A DNA stretch of 64,000 nucleotides from an uncultured Methanosarcinaceae archaeon (GCA_963733675.1 CAVTET010000007.1:1-64000), one strand, 5' to 3'; shown: positions 34,118 through 44,947, numbered from the stretch's first letter. The notes: generated by a model from the sequence alone, not told the origin. Program-made: numbers and translations.

Positions 34118-34549
34118 AGTAAAGTAACATTGAAAATCAATTCGGTAACTCAAACAATAGACTTGTTAAAATTTCCAGCTGGAAATGTACAATGATGGCA
34201 TATTCTATCAAACCTGCCATCACTATTTTTTACCAAAAAGTGGATAAACACTGATTGATATAGTAAATGCTATGATTAATGCTTTAAGTAACCAAATTTA
34301 GCAAGCAGAGGTTATTTGAATTAATTGAATATAGATAACAATTCCCAAGTAAGAATATAAAATCATTTTTTAGCTATTTTTTAACATGATTCATCACTTA
34401 ATCAAAGATGCATGGTGATTTTTTACAACATGTGTTATTGATTTTTCAAAAGTTTTTTAGAGAAAAAAATAGAGAGTAAAGTTTTTTTGGAACATTATCT
34501 ATATAGCCAAAAAATAGTTCCCTTAAGAAGTTGCCGATGTTCCTGAATC

Positions 34550-34942
34550 TCAAGGTGCCGATGAGCTTGGAGGAGCAGATGAATCTGGAGGTGCGGATGC
34601 TCCGGTAGCTGGGGATGTTCCTGAATCTTTTGATGGTGTTTCTGGAAATAGAGTTGCTCCTGCAAGATTTGGACTTGGATCTGGAGCTTTGGCTGGCTCG
34701 GCAGGTGCTGTAGTTTGAATGGTATATGGCATTCCAGATGTAAAATTGAATCCCGGGCAAAGCCAATTATTACCACCCACCCACCTACAACCAGGGCCAT
34801 AGCCCCAGCCCCAGCCATAGCCGCCCCAGCCACCACCGCCACCATGTGCACTAGCTGCCACAGCTGTCACAGACGCTATAAAAAGGACTGAAAGCAAAAT
34901 AGCAAGTACCTTTTTCATTCTACTAAACTTTTGTTTCAACAT
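34550..34942 (-). CDS. Small secreted Gly/Trp-rich protein with Pro/Ser/Ala tail
   Basis: GGAGTGA RBS, signal peptide MKKVLAILLSVLFIASVTAVAASA. Confidence 0.78.
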   Translation of the reverse strand: MLKQKFSRMKKVLAILLSVLFIASVTAVAASAHGGGGGWGGYGWGWGYGPGCRWVGGNNWLCPGFNFTSGMPYTIQTTAPAEPAKAPDPSPNLAGATLFPETPSKDSGTSPATGASAPPDSSAPPSSSAP

Positions 34943-35680
34943 TCAATTCACTCCTTTTTTATCAGGTTTGATACAATCTTAATCCGGCTATAAAACAATT
35001 CGTTGAGATCGAAGGTTTTTCTAAATTCCCATTTGGGTGTATGACAAACTTATATTTAATATTTTTCTTTTATTTAATTGCATTTTATGATATCAAAGTC
35101 AAAATTTGTGTTATTTGCGATAGATAAAAGAAATTATATATGTTACTGATTGAACAATCACTCGGCCAAATCAATAAGAATTAAAAATCCAAAGAGTTTG
35201 GTATTTTACAGATGAGAGCCAGAAAAGATCCCGGAAAATATTGAAATTTATCGATATCCATATTTTTTTACTTGGCTTCCGAAATATTTACGATTATAAG
35301 CCCGTAAAGGTTTGTTAATATACACTTATGTGTTGTCCCATTCATCACAAGGATGTAGTGTACTAAAAATTCTGTAGAAATGACTTTTCCATCCTTTTTT
35401 TTCATTAAAAAACAAGATTTCTCGGTTTCACTGAAGAATAGATTTTCTGACAAAAAGATTTATTCACGAAAGCTGGATTTATTCGGAATTTTATGGTCAT
35501 AAAAAGAAATCAATTTAGTTCTAAAAAAGAAACAAATTAAAGGTCTCATACGTACTTTTACGACCAATTGCTAGTGGACTTTTTTAAGTCATTTTGCGAA
35601 GAATTATAAAAGCGGCCAGACCTTGTTTACAGTTTAGATATAATTTTATTTCTTTAAGTTGTTGTGATCATTTTTTGGGA

Positions 35681-35992
35681 CTAAGACTGGACTGTGGGAG
35701 TAAAGTGATCTGAGATTGTGCCGGCTGGTATTTCACCCAAGTAGGGGAAGCTGGTTGCTGGAGAAGGACAAGACACAACCCAGGATCCTGTGCCATTAAA
35801 AACATACTGACAAGGGCCTGACCAGTTCCATCCCCCGCCAAGGCTGTCACCCCAGCTTCCTCCTCCGCCCCAAGGTCCACCACGGTACCAACCAGGACGT
35901 GCACTAGCTGACATAGCTGTAAACGATACTATAAAAAGGACTGCAAAAGAAATGGACAGTACCTTTTTCATTTTACTGGATGATTGTTTCAA
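35681..35992 (-). CDS. Small secreted Gly/Trp-rich protein
   Basis: AGGAG RBS, signal peptide MKKVLSISFAVLFIVSFTAMSASA, GPCQYV...VSCP. Confidence 0.75.
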   Translation of the reverse strand: MKQSSSKMKKVLSISFAVLFIVSFTAMSASARPGWYRGGPWGGGGSWGDSLGGGWNWSGPCQYVFNGTGSWVVSCPSPATSFPYLGEIPAGTISDHFTPTVQS

Positions 35993-36168
35993 TATTTTAT
36001 TACGCTCCTTTCATATTGTTCAACTTAGCACTAAATGCAGATAACACTTTTAGATATATAAATATATATGTATAATTTCTAGTTTATTGTGGATAAGCTT
36101 TTTGTGATATTTTGGTGGCGTTTACACAGGTACATTTTGTGGGTCATCAATACGGATATCTAAAATAT

Positions 36169-36195
36169 ACAGAGCTTTCATTGCAAAATCTATGC
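36169..36195. other. 27-bp 11-5-11 site (left arm degenerate)
   Basis: ACAGAGCTTTC-ATTGC-AAAATCTATGC. Confidence 0.4.
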
Positions 36196-36411
36196 ATCGA
36201 TGAAAATAATGGAAAAATTCTGTTTTGTCTGATGCGATAAAATTATACATAGTCAATCCGAATTTAGAGATCTTTAAGAATATAAAACATCAGACACCTA
36301 ATTGGAGAAAATGACGAGTAGATATAATAGATATTATGCATATTCTCGTTAGCTATAAATTCACTGTTCTACCATTATTAGTGTGGAGATGCTTGGAGGA
36401 CTTAATAGACA

Positions 36412-36720
36412 ATGCCTTCTCAAGAGCTAAAAAATTCGGAATTTTTTATTGAGATATTAAGACAACATCTACCCAAGTTAAGAGAAAAATATAGTGTAAG
36501 CTATCTTGGAATTTTTGGGTCTTACATTCGTGGAGAGCAGACCAAAGATAGTGACCTTGATGTACTAATACAATTTGATAAGAAGCCAGGACTTTTGAAA
36601 TACATTGAATTGGAAAACTATCTCAGCGACCTTTTAGGAGTAAAGGTTGACCTAGTAATGAAAAGTGCACTTAAACCCAATATTGGGAAGCAAATTTTGA
36701 ATGAGGTAAAAGCTCTATGA
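36412..36720 (+). CDS. Minimal nucleotidyltransferase (MNT antitoxin)
   Basis: GIFGSYIRGEQ..DSDLDVL and GVKVDLV motifs. Confidence 0.92.
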   Translation: MPSQELKNSEFFIEILRQHLPKLREKYSVSYLGIFGSYIRGEQTKDSDLDVLIQFDKKPGLLKYIELENYLSDLLGVKVDLVMKSALKPNIGKQILNEVKAL

Positions 36721-36812
36721 AAATAGAGAAAAGAAATCCTGTAGATTTTTTGATGGATATTTTTGATGGATATACTAGACTCGATTGAAAAAATAGAAAA
36801 TTTTGTTGAAGG
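36717..36812 (+). pseudogene. 5' stub of a HEPN/DUF86 toxin
   Basis: MKIEKRNPVDFLMDI/LDSIEKIENFVEG with a 13-bp duplication; cut off by the left inverted repeat. Confidence 0.8.
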
Positions 36813-37127
36813 GCTTCAAAGTGCAGTTTTATTGACTCCAGTAGGTCAGTCCATGACTCTTTTACTTGTCTGTTAGCTTTTGTTAAAGTGTGCCGATTTT
36901 TCTGTAAAATCAAAATACCTAAAAGTCATTGGGTAAAAAAGTTTATGCCCGAAGAACAAAATTTAAAACCATAAACAGAAATCCAACTTTGAATTTACAG
37001 TAAATCCACGACACTATCAATTTTTGCCTATGTGCCTGTAAACTCAATTATTCCATAGTTTATAGGAATATTCAAGATTCTACCGATTTATACCCTACTA
37101 AATGCAAAAAAATAGTGAGAACCACAT
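36813..37127 (+). repeat. Left terminal inverted repeat
   Basis: GCTTCAAAGTGCAGTTTTATTGACTCCA... is the reverse complement of 48498-48813. Confidence 0.92.
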
Positions 37128-37386
37128 CTATACTAAAGAATCATAATCCTTGGATTAATTTTACGGCTATATGTTATATTTTGTAGTTAATATGTGTGGA
37201 TTTCACCAGGAAACTTTTATAATAAATTATAGATTGATCCTCAGATCCTCTGTTTAATATTTAGGATATGGTTAGACTAATTATATTATGGATATTTTTA
37301 TATAATGAAGACGTGCTATGAGATATAAACTTAACAAATGTGTTCACTAATGGTAGATTATTTTCATAAACACAATTAATATATTC

Positions 37387-38595
37387 TCAAAACATACAAT
37401 CCATCTGCTTAATCAATGTGTATAAGTGATAATTATTTTGTTGTATAACAATTGGTTTATTTTGACATGTTGCACTTAACTCAGCCGCTCTCATTTTGTT
37501 GTTATACACAAAATCTCTTTCTTTATCCACTATATTTTTTTCTTTAGATACGACATCTTTTTCTTGGGGAGAAACAGTACCGTTTAGAATATCTTGATAA
37601 AAACAATGTTCGAGAATCATATATGGACTCCATTTGCGAGCCATACGTTGATACAATTTCAGTCCTAAGAAATAACAACACATGTCTTCTATATTTTCTT
37701 TCATGAGTCTTTTAAATATTTCATCGGATATTGCATTTAACAATTTTTCCGATATTTTTAGGAATTCTGTTGGCACTGCTGCCAATGTTTTCTGAAATAT
37801 TTCAGACGCAATTTTCAGGGATATTTCCCTTATAATCCTTTGTTCCAATTCTTCAGCAGAAACATCTTCCCAAGACATTATTGATATTTCTTCCAATAAT
37901 TTCCGGAATCTGTTTTCTGAAACTTCAACGTTAGAAGAGTATTTTTGAGAATTTGGATCAAAATATAATTTTGATGAATCGTTTGTATATTTATTGTTAC
38001 CAATCGGTTGAATATTGTAGTTCATTGAAATCCTTTTCATAAATTCAGTATAAAGATTTTTAACAAACTCTTTAACCTCTTGTGCCATCTCAAAGCCTTC
38101 ACGATGCTGGTAAATCTCTTCAGCTTTGGCATATAAAGCTCCAATATCAGTTTCGGTTTTCATGCATACATCAAAAAATGAAGTAGAGCTAGATAATTGC
38201 TTGATCAGGGTGCTTTTATTGTCTGGACTTACGTCAAAAAAGAGCTCTTTAATTATTATATTTACTGATTTTTTATATGTTTGCAACTCAATTTCCCTAA
38301 ACTGTTGTTTGATATTTTTTAAGTGTTTTAGTGACTTAATATCCCAATGATTTTTAAAACCACGTTTACTAGAAAATTTTTTAATACAATTCTCATCAAG
38401 TAAAAAGCTTAGATGTTCATCTATACTAGTTCTATCATGTAATCCATGTTTATTTTTCAAAAATGCTCTGATATTTGGCGTAGAAACTTTTGATGAGTTA
38501 TTTAAAATGTATTCCACTATATCTGTTTCAACTTCGCCTTCTTTCAAGCGTTTCCCTACACCCCTAATGTCTGTCTTTTTTATAGATTCTCTCAT
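37387..38595 (-). CDS. Hypothetical protein with N-terminal winged-helix (putative repressor)
   Basis: IVEYIL...STPNIRAFLK...TSIDEHLSFLLDENCIKK wHTH pattern; divergent from the replication operon. Confidence 0.6.
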   Translation of the reverse strand: MRESIKKTDIRGVGKRLKEGEVETDIVEYILNNSSKVSTPNIRAFLKNKHGLHDRTSIDEHLSFLLDENCIKKFSSKRGFKNHWDIKSLKHLKNIKQQFREIELQTYKKSVNIIIKELFFDVSPDNKSTLIKQLSSSTSFFDVCMKTETDIGALYAKAEEIYQHREGFEMAQEVKEFVKNLYTEFMKRISMNYNIQPIGNNKYTNDSSKLYFDPNSQKYSSNVEVSENRFRKLLEEISIMSWEDVSAEELEQRIIREISLKIASEIFQKTLAAVPTEFLKISEKLLNAISDEIFKRLMKENIEDMCCYFLGLKLYQRMARKWSPYMILEHCFYQDILNGTVSPQEKDVVSKEKNIVDKERDFVYNNKMRAAELSATCQNKPIVIQQNNYHLYTLIKQMDCMF

Positions 38596-38803
38596 CGTTT
38601 ATGACATATGCTATAAGGTATTTTAAACTTATTATTTGTTATAAATGTGTATAAATATGGTGTTAATAGAAATCATTTTTTAGAAAAATAATAAGATAAG
38701 TATAGGGTCTTTTTCAGAATAAAATCTGTTACTTCTATATAAACCCAGTCGCGCATGATATGTAGGTAGCATAGTCCATTATCGAAATTCAGGGTTAATT
38801 CTA

Positions 38804-38989
38804 GTGAGAATGATCAAAATGATTTCAAATCACAACCAAAGAAAAATCCAAAAGGTCCGTTATACGTACCTGTTACCGATTCCAATAAACCATGTGAGAA
38901 ACATGAAGATTAGAAAAGGAGACACACTAAATGTCGAACTTCAAGCAGATAATAGCCTTAGGATCACACAGGGCCGGAGGCTAGATTGA
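38804..38989 (+). CDS. AbrB/MazE-like DNA-binding protein
   Basis: RKIQKV..TYLLPIP...VRNMKIRKGDTLNVEL...SLRI. Confidence 0.75.
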   Translation: MRMIKMISNHNQRKIQKVRYTYLLPIPINHVRNMKIRKGDTLNVELQADNSLRITQGRRLD

Positions 38990-39619
38990 ATGCCACTTGA
39001 AACCGAAGAATTAACACCGGATAGAAAATTGTTCAATGTTATTGAGAAAGTTGTGATTGTAAAGGGTACGATCCCAAGCGATCCTACAATATGGGAATTT
39101 TACATACAGAATAAAGTTTTGAGAATAGATGCTACCAAATTGGAAAACATGACACAATTTAGGAAGGAGTATCTAAAAGTCTTTGACCATCCTGCTCCCA
39201 AAGTTACACCGGCCAGGTGGATTGCTGTCCTTGAAGCGTTGGCAGATGAAAAAGCAACCCATATACAAGCTCCGGAAGAATCGAGTCATGTATTTATAGC
39301 TAACAGTATTTTTGAAATTGTATGCGATCGTGAAGTCTCAGATGACCCAGATGAAGCATTTTCCGGGTTTGCTCTATATGAACATTTTTTCCAAGATGAT
39401 GAAAAGCCCTATTGTTGTGTGCCTTCAAAAGTTTTATTGTCGCTGGTTGATGGTTCAGGATTTAAAATTCCCCTGAATGATTTGTCTTCAACAATGACAG
39501 AGCTTGGAATGAAAAAAGAAGGGACACCACGCATTAGTTATTGTAATAAACAATTAAGATCCTGGTGTTTTTTTAAAGATGCTGTATTGAGAGAAAAGGG
39601 AGAAAAATTGGATGACTAA
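38990..39619 (+). CDS. Hypothetical replication-associated protein (possible origin-binding wHTH)
   Basis: Coupled in the operon; C-terminal LSSTMTELG..K....RI......RSWCF; followed by iterons. Confidence 0.55.
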   Translation: MPLETEELTPDRKLFNVIEKVVIVKGTIPSDPTIWEFYIQNKVLRIDATKLENMTQFRKEYLKVFDHPAPKVTPARWIAVLEALADEKATHIQAPEESSHVFIANSIFEIVCDREVSDDPDEAFSGFALYEHFFQDDEKPYCCVPSKVLLSLVDGSGFKIPLNDLSSTMTELGMKKEGTPRISYCNKQLRSWCFFKDAVLREKGEKLDD

Positions 39620-39622
39620 AGT

Positions 39623-39828
39623 AGACACCGAGACTCCTATATTGTATATTTCTCATGAGAAATGCAAAAAATGGTGTCTAGGTGTCTTGTTTATATATAC
39701 AGTTATTGTTTTTGGCAAGACACCACTAGACACCACAATTTATAGCAATGTCTCTCAATATGGATTAAGCAAGACACCACTAGACACCAATACATGGTTT
39801 TCTTACGATTTGATCAAAGGTGGTGTCT
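39623..39828. repeat. Iteron cluster AGACACC x8 (candidate element origin)
   Basis: Copies at 39623, 39673 rc, 39681 rc, 39718, 39728, 39772, 39782, 39822 rc. Confidence 0.7.
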
Positions 39829-41388
39829 ATTCTGACTGAAAAAATTAAAATATTTGGTGGTCCAGGGTGTGGTAAAACATCAATTATCAAGGATTTCTAT
39901 CAAAGGTATTTGTTCGATGGATACAAGCCAACTGAGATTACAGTGTTAACCTTCAGAAAAACTGCAGCAGCTGACTTAATCAGTGCCACGATTTCATATG
40001 CTAGAGTGGAAGAAAATGAATTAAAGAAGCATGTTGGAACTATCCATTCAATATGCTATCGATTAATAGGGCATTCTAAACTGATGGAACATTATGATTA
40101 TGCAGCTTTTGTGAAGAGACACAATTACGGAAAATATCTAAAGAACGGCAGTTTCAAAACTAAAATTGATGATATGGAAGAGTCGGTATACTCAGGTGAT
40201 TTGTTTGACCTTTATTCCTGGCTTCACAATACATGTACACCTGTCAACGAATGGAAGAAGTATCCAGGTGTAAATAATATAAAATGTATAAATATAGTTC
40301 CTGAATTTCTAAAAAATTACGGAGAATATAAAAAACAAATCGGTAAAATTGACTTTTCAGATATGCTGCAAATCGTGATTGATAAGCATATACTTCTCGA
40401 TACTCCAATTTTAATGGTGGATGAATTTCAGGATTTTACAGCTCAAATGTATAAGGTATTTGAAATGTGGGTACCAGATTGCGAATCTGTTTTGATTGCA
40501 GCTGATCCAAATCAATCAATCTATGAGTTTTTTGGTGGTTGCCCTGATTATTATTACCATTTTGAAGCAACTGAAATTGTAAGACATGAAACTTTCAGGC
40601 TATCTGAACAGATTAATAATTTTTCTCGTAAGATACTAAACAGTAATGGGATGTCCGCTCCCGAAACTAAGGCAAAAAAAGTGGCTTCCAGAACCATACA
40701 TCGTGTGAGATATGATTGTAAACTTCCTTTCTATGAAAATGAGTTGCACTTGGTACGGTGTAATTATCAGGCTCATGCAGTTGCATTAAGTCTTGCAAAA
40801 GAAGGTAGAGTATTTGGCGGGTTGTGTGGATGGACAGAAGATGAAGTTAATGCAGCAAACGCTATAATTTCAATACGTCAAAATAAAGCAATTTCTTTCG
40901 ATCAGATTAGAGAACTAATTAATTTATTTTCTGCAAAAATGCTATGTATAAGATGTACTAAAGAAGATTTTGTTAGCAGTCTTGAACAAAAATATGCTCC
41001 CCAATTGCATACCGGAACTGGGGTGCTCAACTGTAACATATTGGATATTCTTAACTCAACTGATCCTACAAAAGGAATGACCAGAAACAGCAAGTTGTTC
41101 AGAGTTAAGATAAATGGTATCAAAAACCGATTCAATTTGATAACTCTGCAAGAAGTAAAAAATCGGAATATATTAACAATTCATGGAGCTAAAGGACTGG
41201 AAGCCGAAGCTGTTTTTTTGCATACTGCAATAACTCCAAGAATTCAAAAGGCACTATTGCTACCTGGAAAAGAATCACAAGCGGAAACGAGGGTTTGGTA
41301 TGTTGGAGTTACTAGAGCTAAGAATGTGTTGTATCTAGTTATGGATGCAGGTAAAAATTATACCCTTCCTGGAGTTCCTTCATGCTAA
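39820..41388 (+). CDS. UvrD/Rep-like SF1 helicase
   Basis: GGPGCGKT, TIHS, VDEFQD, DPNQSIYEF, TIHGAKGLE, YVGVTRA. Confidence 0.92.
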   Translation: MVSILTEKIKIFGGPGCGKTSIIKDFYQRYLFDGYKPTEITVLTFRKTAAADLISATISYARVEENELKKHVGTIHSICYRLIGHSKLMEHYDYAAFVKRHNYGKYLKNGSFKTKIDDMEESVYSGDLFDLYSWLHNTCTPVNEWKKYPGVNNIKCINIVPEFLKNYGEYKKQIGKIDFSDMLQIVIDKHILLDTPILMVDEFQDFTAQMYKVFEMWVPDCESVLIAADPNQSIYEFFGGCPDYYYHFEATEIVRHETFRLSEQINNFSRKILNSNGMSAPETKAKKVASRTIHRVRYDCKLPFYENELHLVRCNYQAHAVALSLAKEGRVFGGLCGWTEDEVNAANAIISIRQNKAISFDQIRELINLFSAKMLCIRCTKEDFVSSLEQKYAPQLHTGTGVLNCNILDILNSTDPTKGMTRNSKLFRVKINGIKNRFNLITLQEVKNRNILTIHGAKGLEAEAVFLHTAITPRIQKALLLPGKESQAETRVWYVGVTRAKNVLYLVMDAGKNYTLPGVPSC

Positions 41389-42704
41389 CGAGACAGCAGA
41401 TTAAGGAACATTACAGCACAGCAGAAATAAGAGAGAATATTATTCGAGTTTCTGCAGACTGTGGCAGTTTTAGAGCAGGCAATGGTAATCGCTGCAAGTG
41501 GTATAAATATCAATATGGGAAAAAAGTAAAATGGTGCCTTGCTAACAATGCAGACTATATCAAAATGGCGCTCCGTTTTAGGACATTCTATTGGACTCTT
41601 AATGTTTTTGATTCTGAAATATTCGGTATTGATTACAATACAGTAAAGACGGAAGACAGTCCTGCAATAAGTCGTAAATATACTGTAGGTTACACTTTTG
41701 GAGTAGATATTGATAAGAAACCTGGAACTGACATCCATGATCTGGAAGTAAAAAAGGTAGTAGAAGATATGGCGCAGTATTTTTCAGATAAATTAAGAGA
41801 ATATGTTCCAAATTCGGTTTACTGCTTATATTCAGGTGGTGGAATTTACGTTATGGTACATCACAAGGTATTTGATCAATTCTGCGACCGATTTAAAAAC
41901 GATCCTAAAGAACCATGGGATAAAATGGCTAAGGTACTTGGAGATGCGTTAGACTATCTAATAGGACATCTAAATGATGAGTTCTTCGAGCTTCATCCAG
42001 AACATATCGGAAAAGTGAAAGCGGATCAACTTAATAACTCTCAGAGAATATTTAAAACACTTTTCAGTATTCATAATAAGCTTGATTATGCTGTTGTTCC
42101 CCTAGATCCTAAAAACATAGAGATTAACTTTGAGAATGCTTCAATTCCTTTGAAACCTGAAATAATCAAATTGGGAGATAATTGGTATACAAAATATGAC
42201 GATGGTGGATATCTTTTAACTAGTTTACTACAACCATTTTTTGTGCAATCATACAATAACATCAATAAAACATATCTTGAAGAAGGACAGCACGAATTTT
42301 ACTGTTCACCAATCCCAATAGAAGATATTGAGAAATGGCCCCCATGTATGCGAAATTTATACAATCTTGCGTGGTGTGGTGATGGGCAGACTAGAGCACT
42401 TGCAGCTTTTGCTTCATTTTTAGGGCAAATAGGGATTGAAGAGAATCAAGCATATATGATGTTTAATGAACTTGCAAATAGATGGGGAGCAAGAACAGAA
42501 AATATTTTTTTAAATTATTTTAGGAAAATGAAAGTGCCAACCTGCAAGCGTTTAATTTCAGATGATAATAGGGGTTTTCCTAAAGGCGTATCGATAAAAA
42601 TGCTTGGAGTTTGTAAGCCTGATATACAATGTATGAATGTGCCTTCTCCTTATTATTACACCGACAAAGAAGGAAACAGAAACAGATTGCTCACTCACTA
42701 CTAG
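41382..42704 (+). CDS. Fused archaeo-eukaryotic primase (PriS-like plus PriL-CTD-like 4-Cys domain)
   Basis: GVDID, YSGGGIY, RIFKTLFSIH; C-terminal WPPCM...PTC...GVC...QC...SPYYY. Confidence 0.8.
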   Translation: MLTRQQIKEHYSTAEIRENIIRVSADCGSFRAGNGNRCKWYKYQYGKKVKWCLANNADYIKMALRFRTFYWTLNVFDSEIFGIDYNTVKTEDSPAISRKYTVGYTFGVDIDKKPGTDIHDLEVKKVVEDMAQYFSDKLREYVPNSVYCLYSGGGIYVMVHHKVFDQFCDRFKNDPKEPWDKMAKVLGDALDYLIGHLNDEFFELHPEHIGKVKADQLNNSQRIFKTLFSIHNKLDYAVVPLDPKNIEINFENASIPLKPEIIKLGDNWYTKYDDGGYLLTSLLQPFFVQSYNNINKTYLEEGQHEFYCSPIPIEDIEKWPPCMRNLYNLAWCGDGQTRALAAFASFLGQIGIEENQAYMMFNELANRWGARTENIFLNYFRKMKVPTCKRLISDDNRGFPKGVSIKMLGVCKPDIQCMNVPSPYYYTDKEGNRNRLLTHY

Positions 42705-42905
42705 AAAAACCAATACCAGAAAAAGAGCGATAAAGGGGAAAGCAGAACATAAGTGGATCTTTTAATTTTGTAAAGAGACTATAAAAATGACAAAATGTTA
42801 TCTATTACCATTACCATCATCAACTAATAATAAACTATAAATATTAATAAATCGTATATAATAGCGTAGTTTCTTGAAAATTTACGGCTGGATAGACTGG
42901 GTAAT

Positions 42906-43129
42906 GTGAAAGGTGGTAAAACAAGATTTCAACAGAAATTTACGGAAGATATGTTCCTAAATGCTCTATCATTGACAGTATTAAGTCCACTACAACTATT
43001 ATGAATTTAGTAGGATGCAGCAGATCCGCTGCTAAAACCATGCTTTATAAGCTCGTAAATGAAGGTAAAGTAAATAAAATAGAGATTGAAGGTGAAGGTT
43101 ATGGTTGGCAGAAAGTGAAAGGTGATTAA
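42906..43129 (+). pseudogene. Small winged-helix protein, frameshifted
   Basis: STTTIMNLVGCSRSAAKTMLYKLVNEGKVNKIEIEGEGYGW; 5' part in another frame. Confidence 0.6.
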
Positions 43130-43453
43130 ACTGAGTTGGACAATGAAATTGTTTCTTGTCACAAATTTAATTTATCATTCATCACTCGCGATTCTTATGA
43201 GTACAATAAAGTGTGGCTCGTGCAACTCACGTTAGAAATACCGAATACAAAGAAAATGATGGTAAATGGCAATATTTAAAACGGAAATTGATTGGAGCTA
43301 CGTTTGCAACACATGTTCAAGCTTTTAAGGATATACTTTGGGTTCTGTGCTGATTTGCACGGTTAATGGGAGTTTGACCATGTATTACAAGTCTGTAATA
43401 GGCAGAAAACAAATAAAGGAATGTAAAGAAAAGCAAACCAAGGAGACAAAATT

Positions 43454-44074
43454 ATGAAATGTTGTTTACAAAAATGTGACGCAGCTTGTGGTGAATGTGC
43501 AGACAGAGTCCCTAGGGCAATGTTTATTGTATTTATAATAAAAAATTTAAATTATATTGCTGAAGATATTGGAAGTTTATTGCTTTCTGTTGGGCATTCC
43601 TTTTTTGAAAAAGGTTGTTCAGACCATGAGCTGAGAACTGTCATTAGTGAAAAAATAGACGATCTTGTTTCATCTGGTGCGTGCAAGTTTGGCACAAAAG
43701 AATTGCTCATAGCAAACTATGACATCTTTTACTTGGAAATGAGTCGTTGGAACACACAACCATCTAATCTAGATGGCGGTAATAATAACCTAAAGCATAG
43801 AATATGGCATACAACTTATCGAATTGATACGGACATCCTTAGAATGGAAGAGAGAATCAAATGGCATATCAACGCAATAGAATGCAGTAACAATGTTATA
43901 AATGCAATCGAAGCTTTATTAAAAGCATATCGACCTGACAAATCATGGGATGAAATTATAACCGATCCTTCAAATAGTGAATACATTGGTATTTGTCAAA
44001 ATCTTCACTACTCAATGGGTCTGTATCACGATGAAATTACGAACTTTCTTCTAACAGAATTACAAATTAACTAA
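43454..44074 (+). CDS. Hypothetical protein
   Basis: AGGAG RBS; 206 aa with Cys-rich N-terminus. Confidence 0.65.
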   Translation: MKCCLQKCDAACGECADRVPRAMFIVFIIKNLNYIAEDIGSLLLSVGHSFFEKGCSDHELRTVISEKIDDLVSSGACKFGTKELLIANYDIFYLEMSRWNTQPSNLDGGNNNLKHRIWHTTYRIDTDILRMEERIKWHINAIECSNNVINAIEALLKAYRPDKSWDEIITDPSNSEYIGICQNLHYSMGLYHDEITNFLLTELQIN

Positions 44075-44501
44075 TTTTTTCTTGATGTACATCTATTCTA
44101 CTCAAATAAGGCTTCAATCGCTTTACAAATGGTAATTTGTTTATTGCAGAGTAGTAGTGGGACAGAATTTTGCTTTTTTTGAAATCCCACAAAAAAGGCC
44201 CTTAACTTCGACTAGAAATCAATAAAGTAACCTAGGGAGAATAAAAGCGAAACTATCGATATTTCAAAAAATCCACTAACAATGAAGGATTAATTTTGTA
44301 GTGAATTACGAAAATACGGTAGCTATTGAATACCAATAACATATTGCCATATTAGGCTGGTAAAGTGGTACTGGAAGTTAATTGATCCGGCCTGACTTTG
44401 ACAGTAAAGACCGAATAAGCAAAAATAAATGACATTTAACAATATCGATCTTGTTTTACTTTACTTAATTAACTAAGGTGATCTGGATGATCTTGAATAT
44501 C

Positions 44502-44582
44502 AAAAAGGTGATCTTGTGAGCTGCGGGCGAAGGGGATGCCTACAGCTCGATCTAATGCCTACTTGATTATATGGGTTATCTA
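44502..44582 (-). ncRNA. Putative sRNA, copy 1
   Basis: GAGCUGUAGGC...GCCCGCAGCUC-ACAAGAUCACC-U5. Confidence 0.55.
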
Positions 44583-44867
44583 CTAATTATAATTAAATCT
44601 ACTTAATTATATATTTATATGAAAATATGTCCTAACTTAAACTAATTAGTATTAACATCACCTGTCCTAATCACGTGAATTATAAAATAGGGAAAGCCTT
44701 TTCATGCCCATCAATAACTGATTTCATCTAAGCCCCTCGAACCGGCTTATAATATATGAAAGGTAGAATAGATTCTACCCTACTCAAAAAATGCTTTAAA
44801 TCGTCCTAGAATCGATCTTCTTCAATTTTATTTAAGCAGTTTAGGCGACCAGGCTGATCTATAATAC

Positions 44868-44947
44868 AAAAAAAGTTGATCTTGTAAGCTGCAGGGGTGG
44901 TTACCTGCAGCCCGGTAGAGAATCTGTTCTAAGGTTTGAGAGCCTAT
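44868..44947 (-). ncRNA. Putative sRNA, copy 2
   Basis: GGGCUGCAGG...CCUGCAGCUU-ACAAGAUCAAC-U7; upstream BRE/TATA-like GCGAAAAATGTATGTA. Confidence 0.6.
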
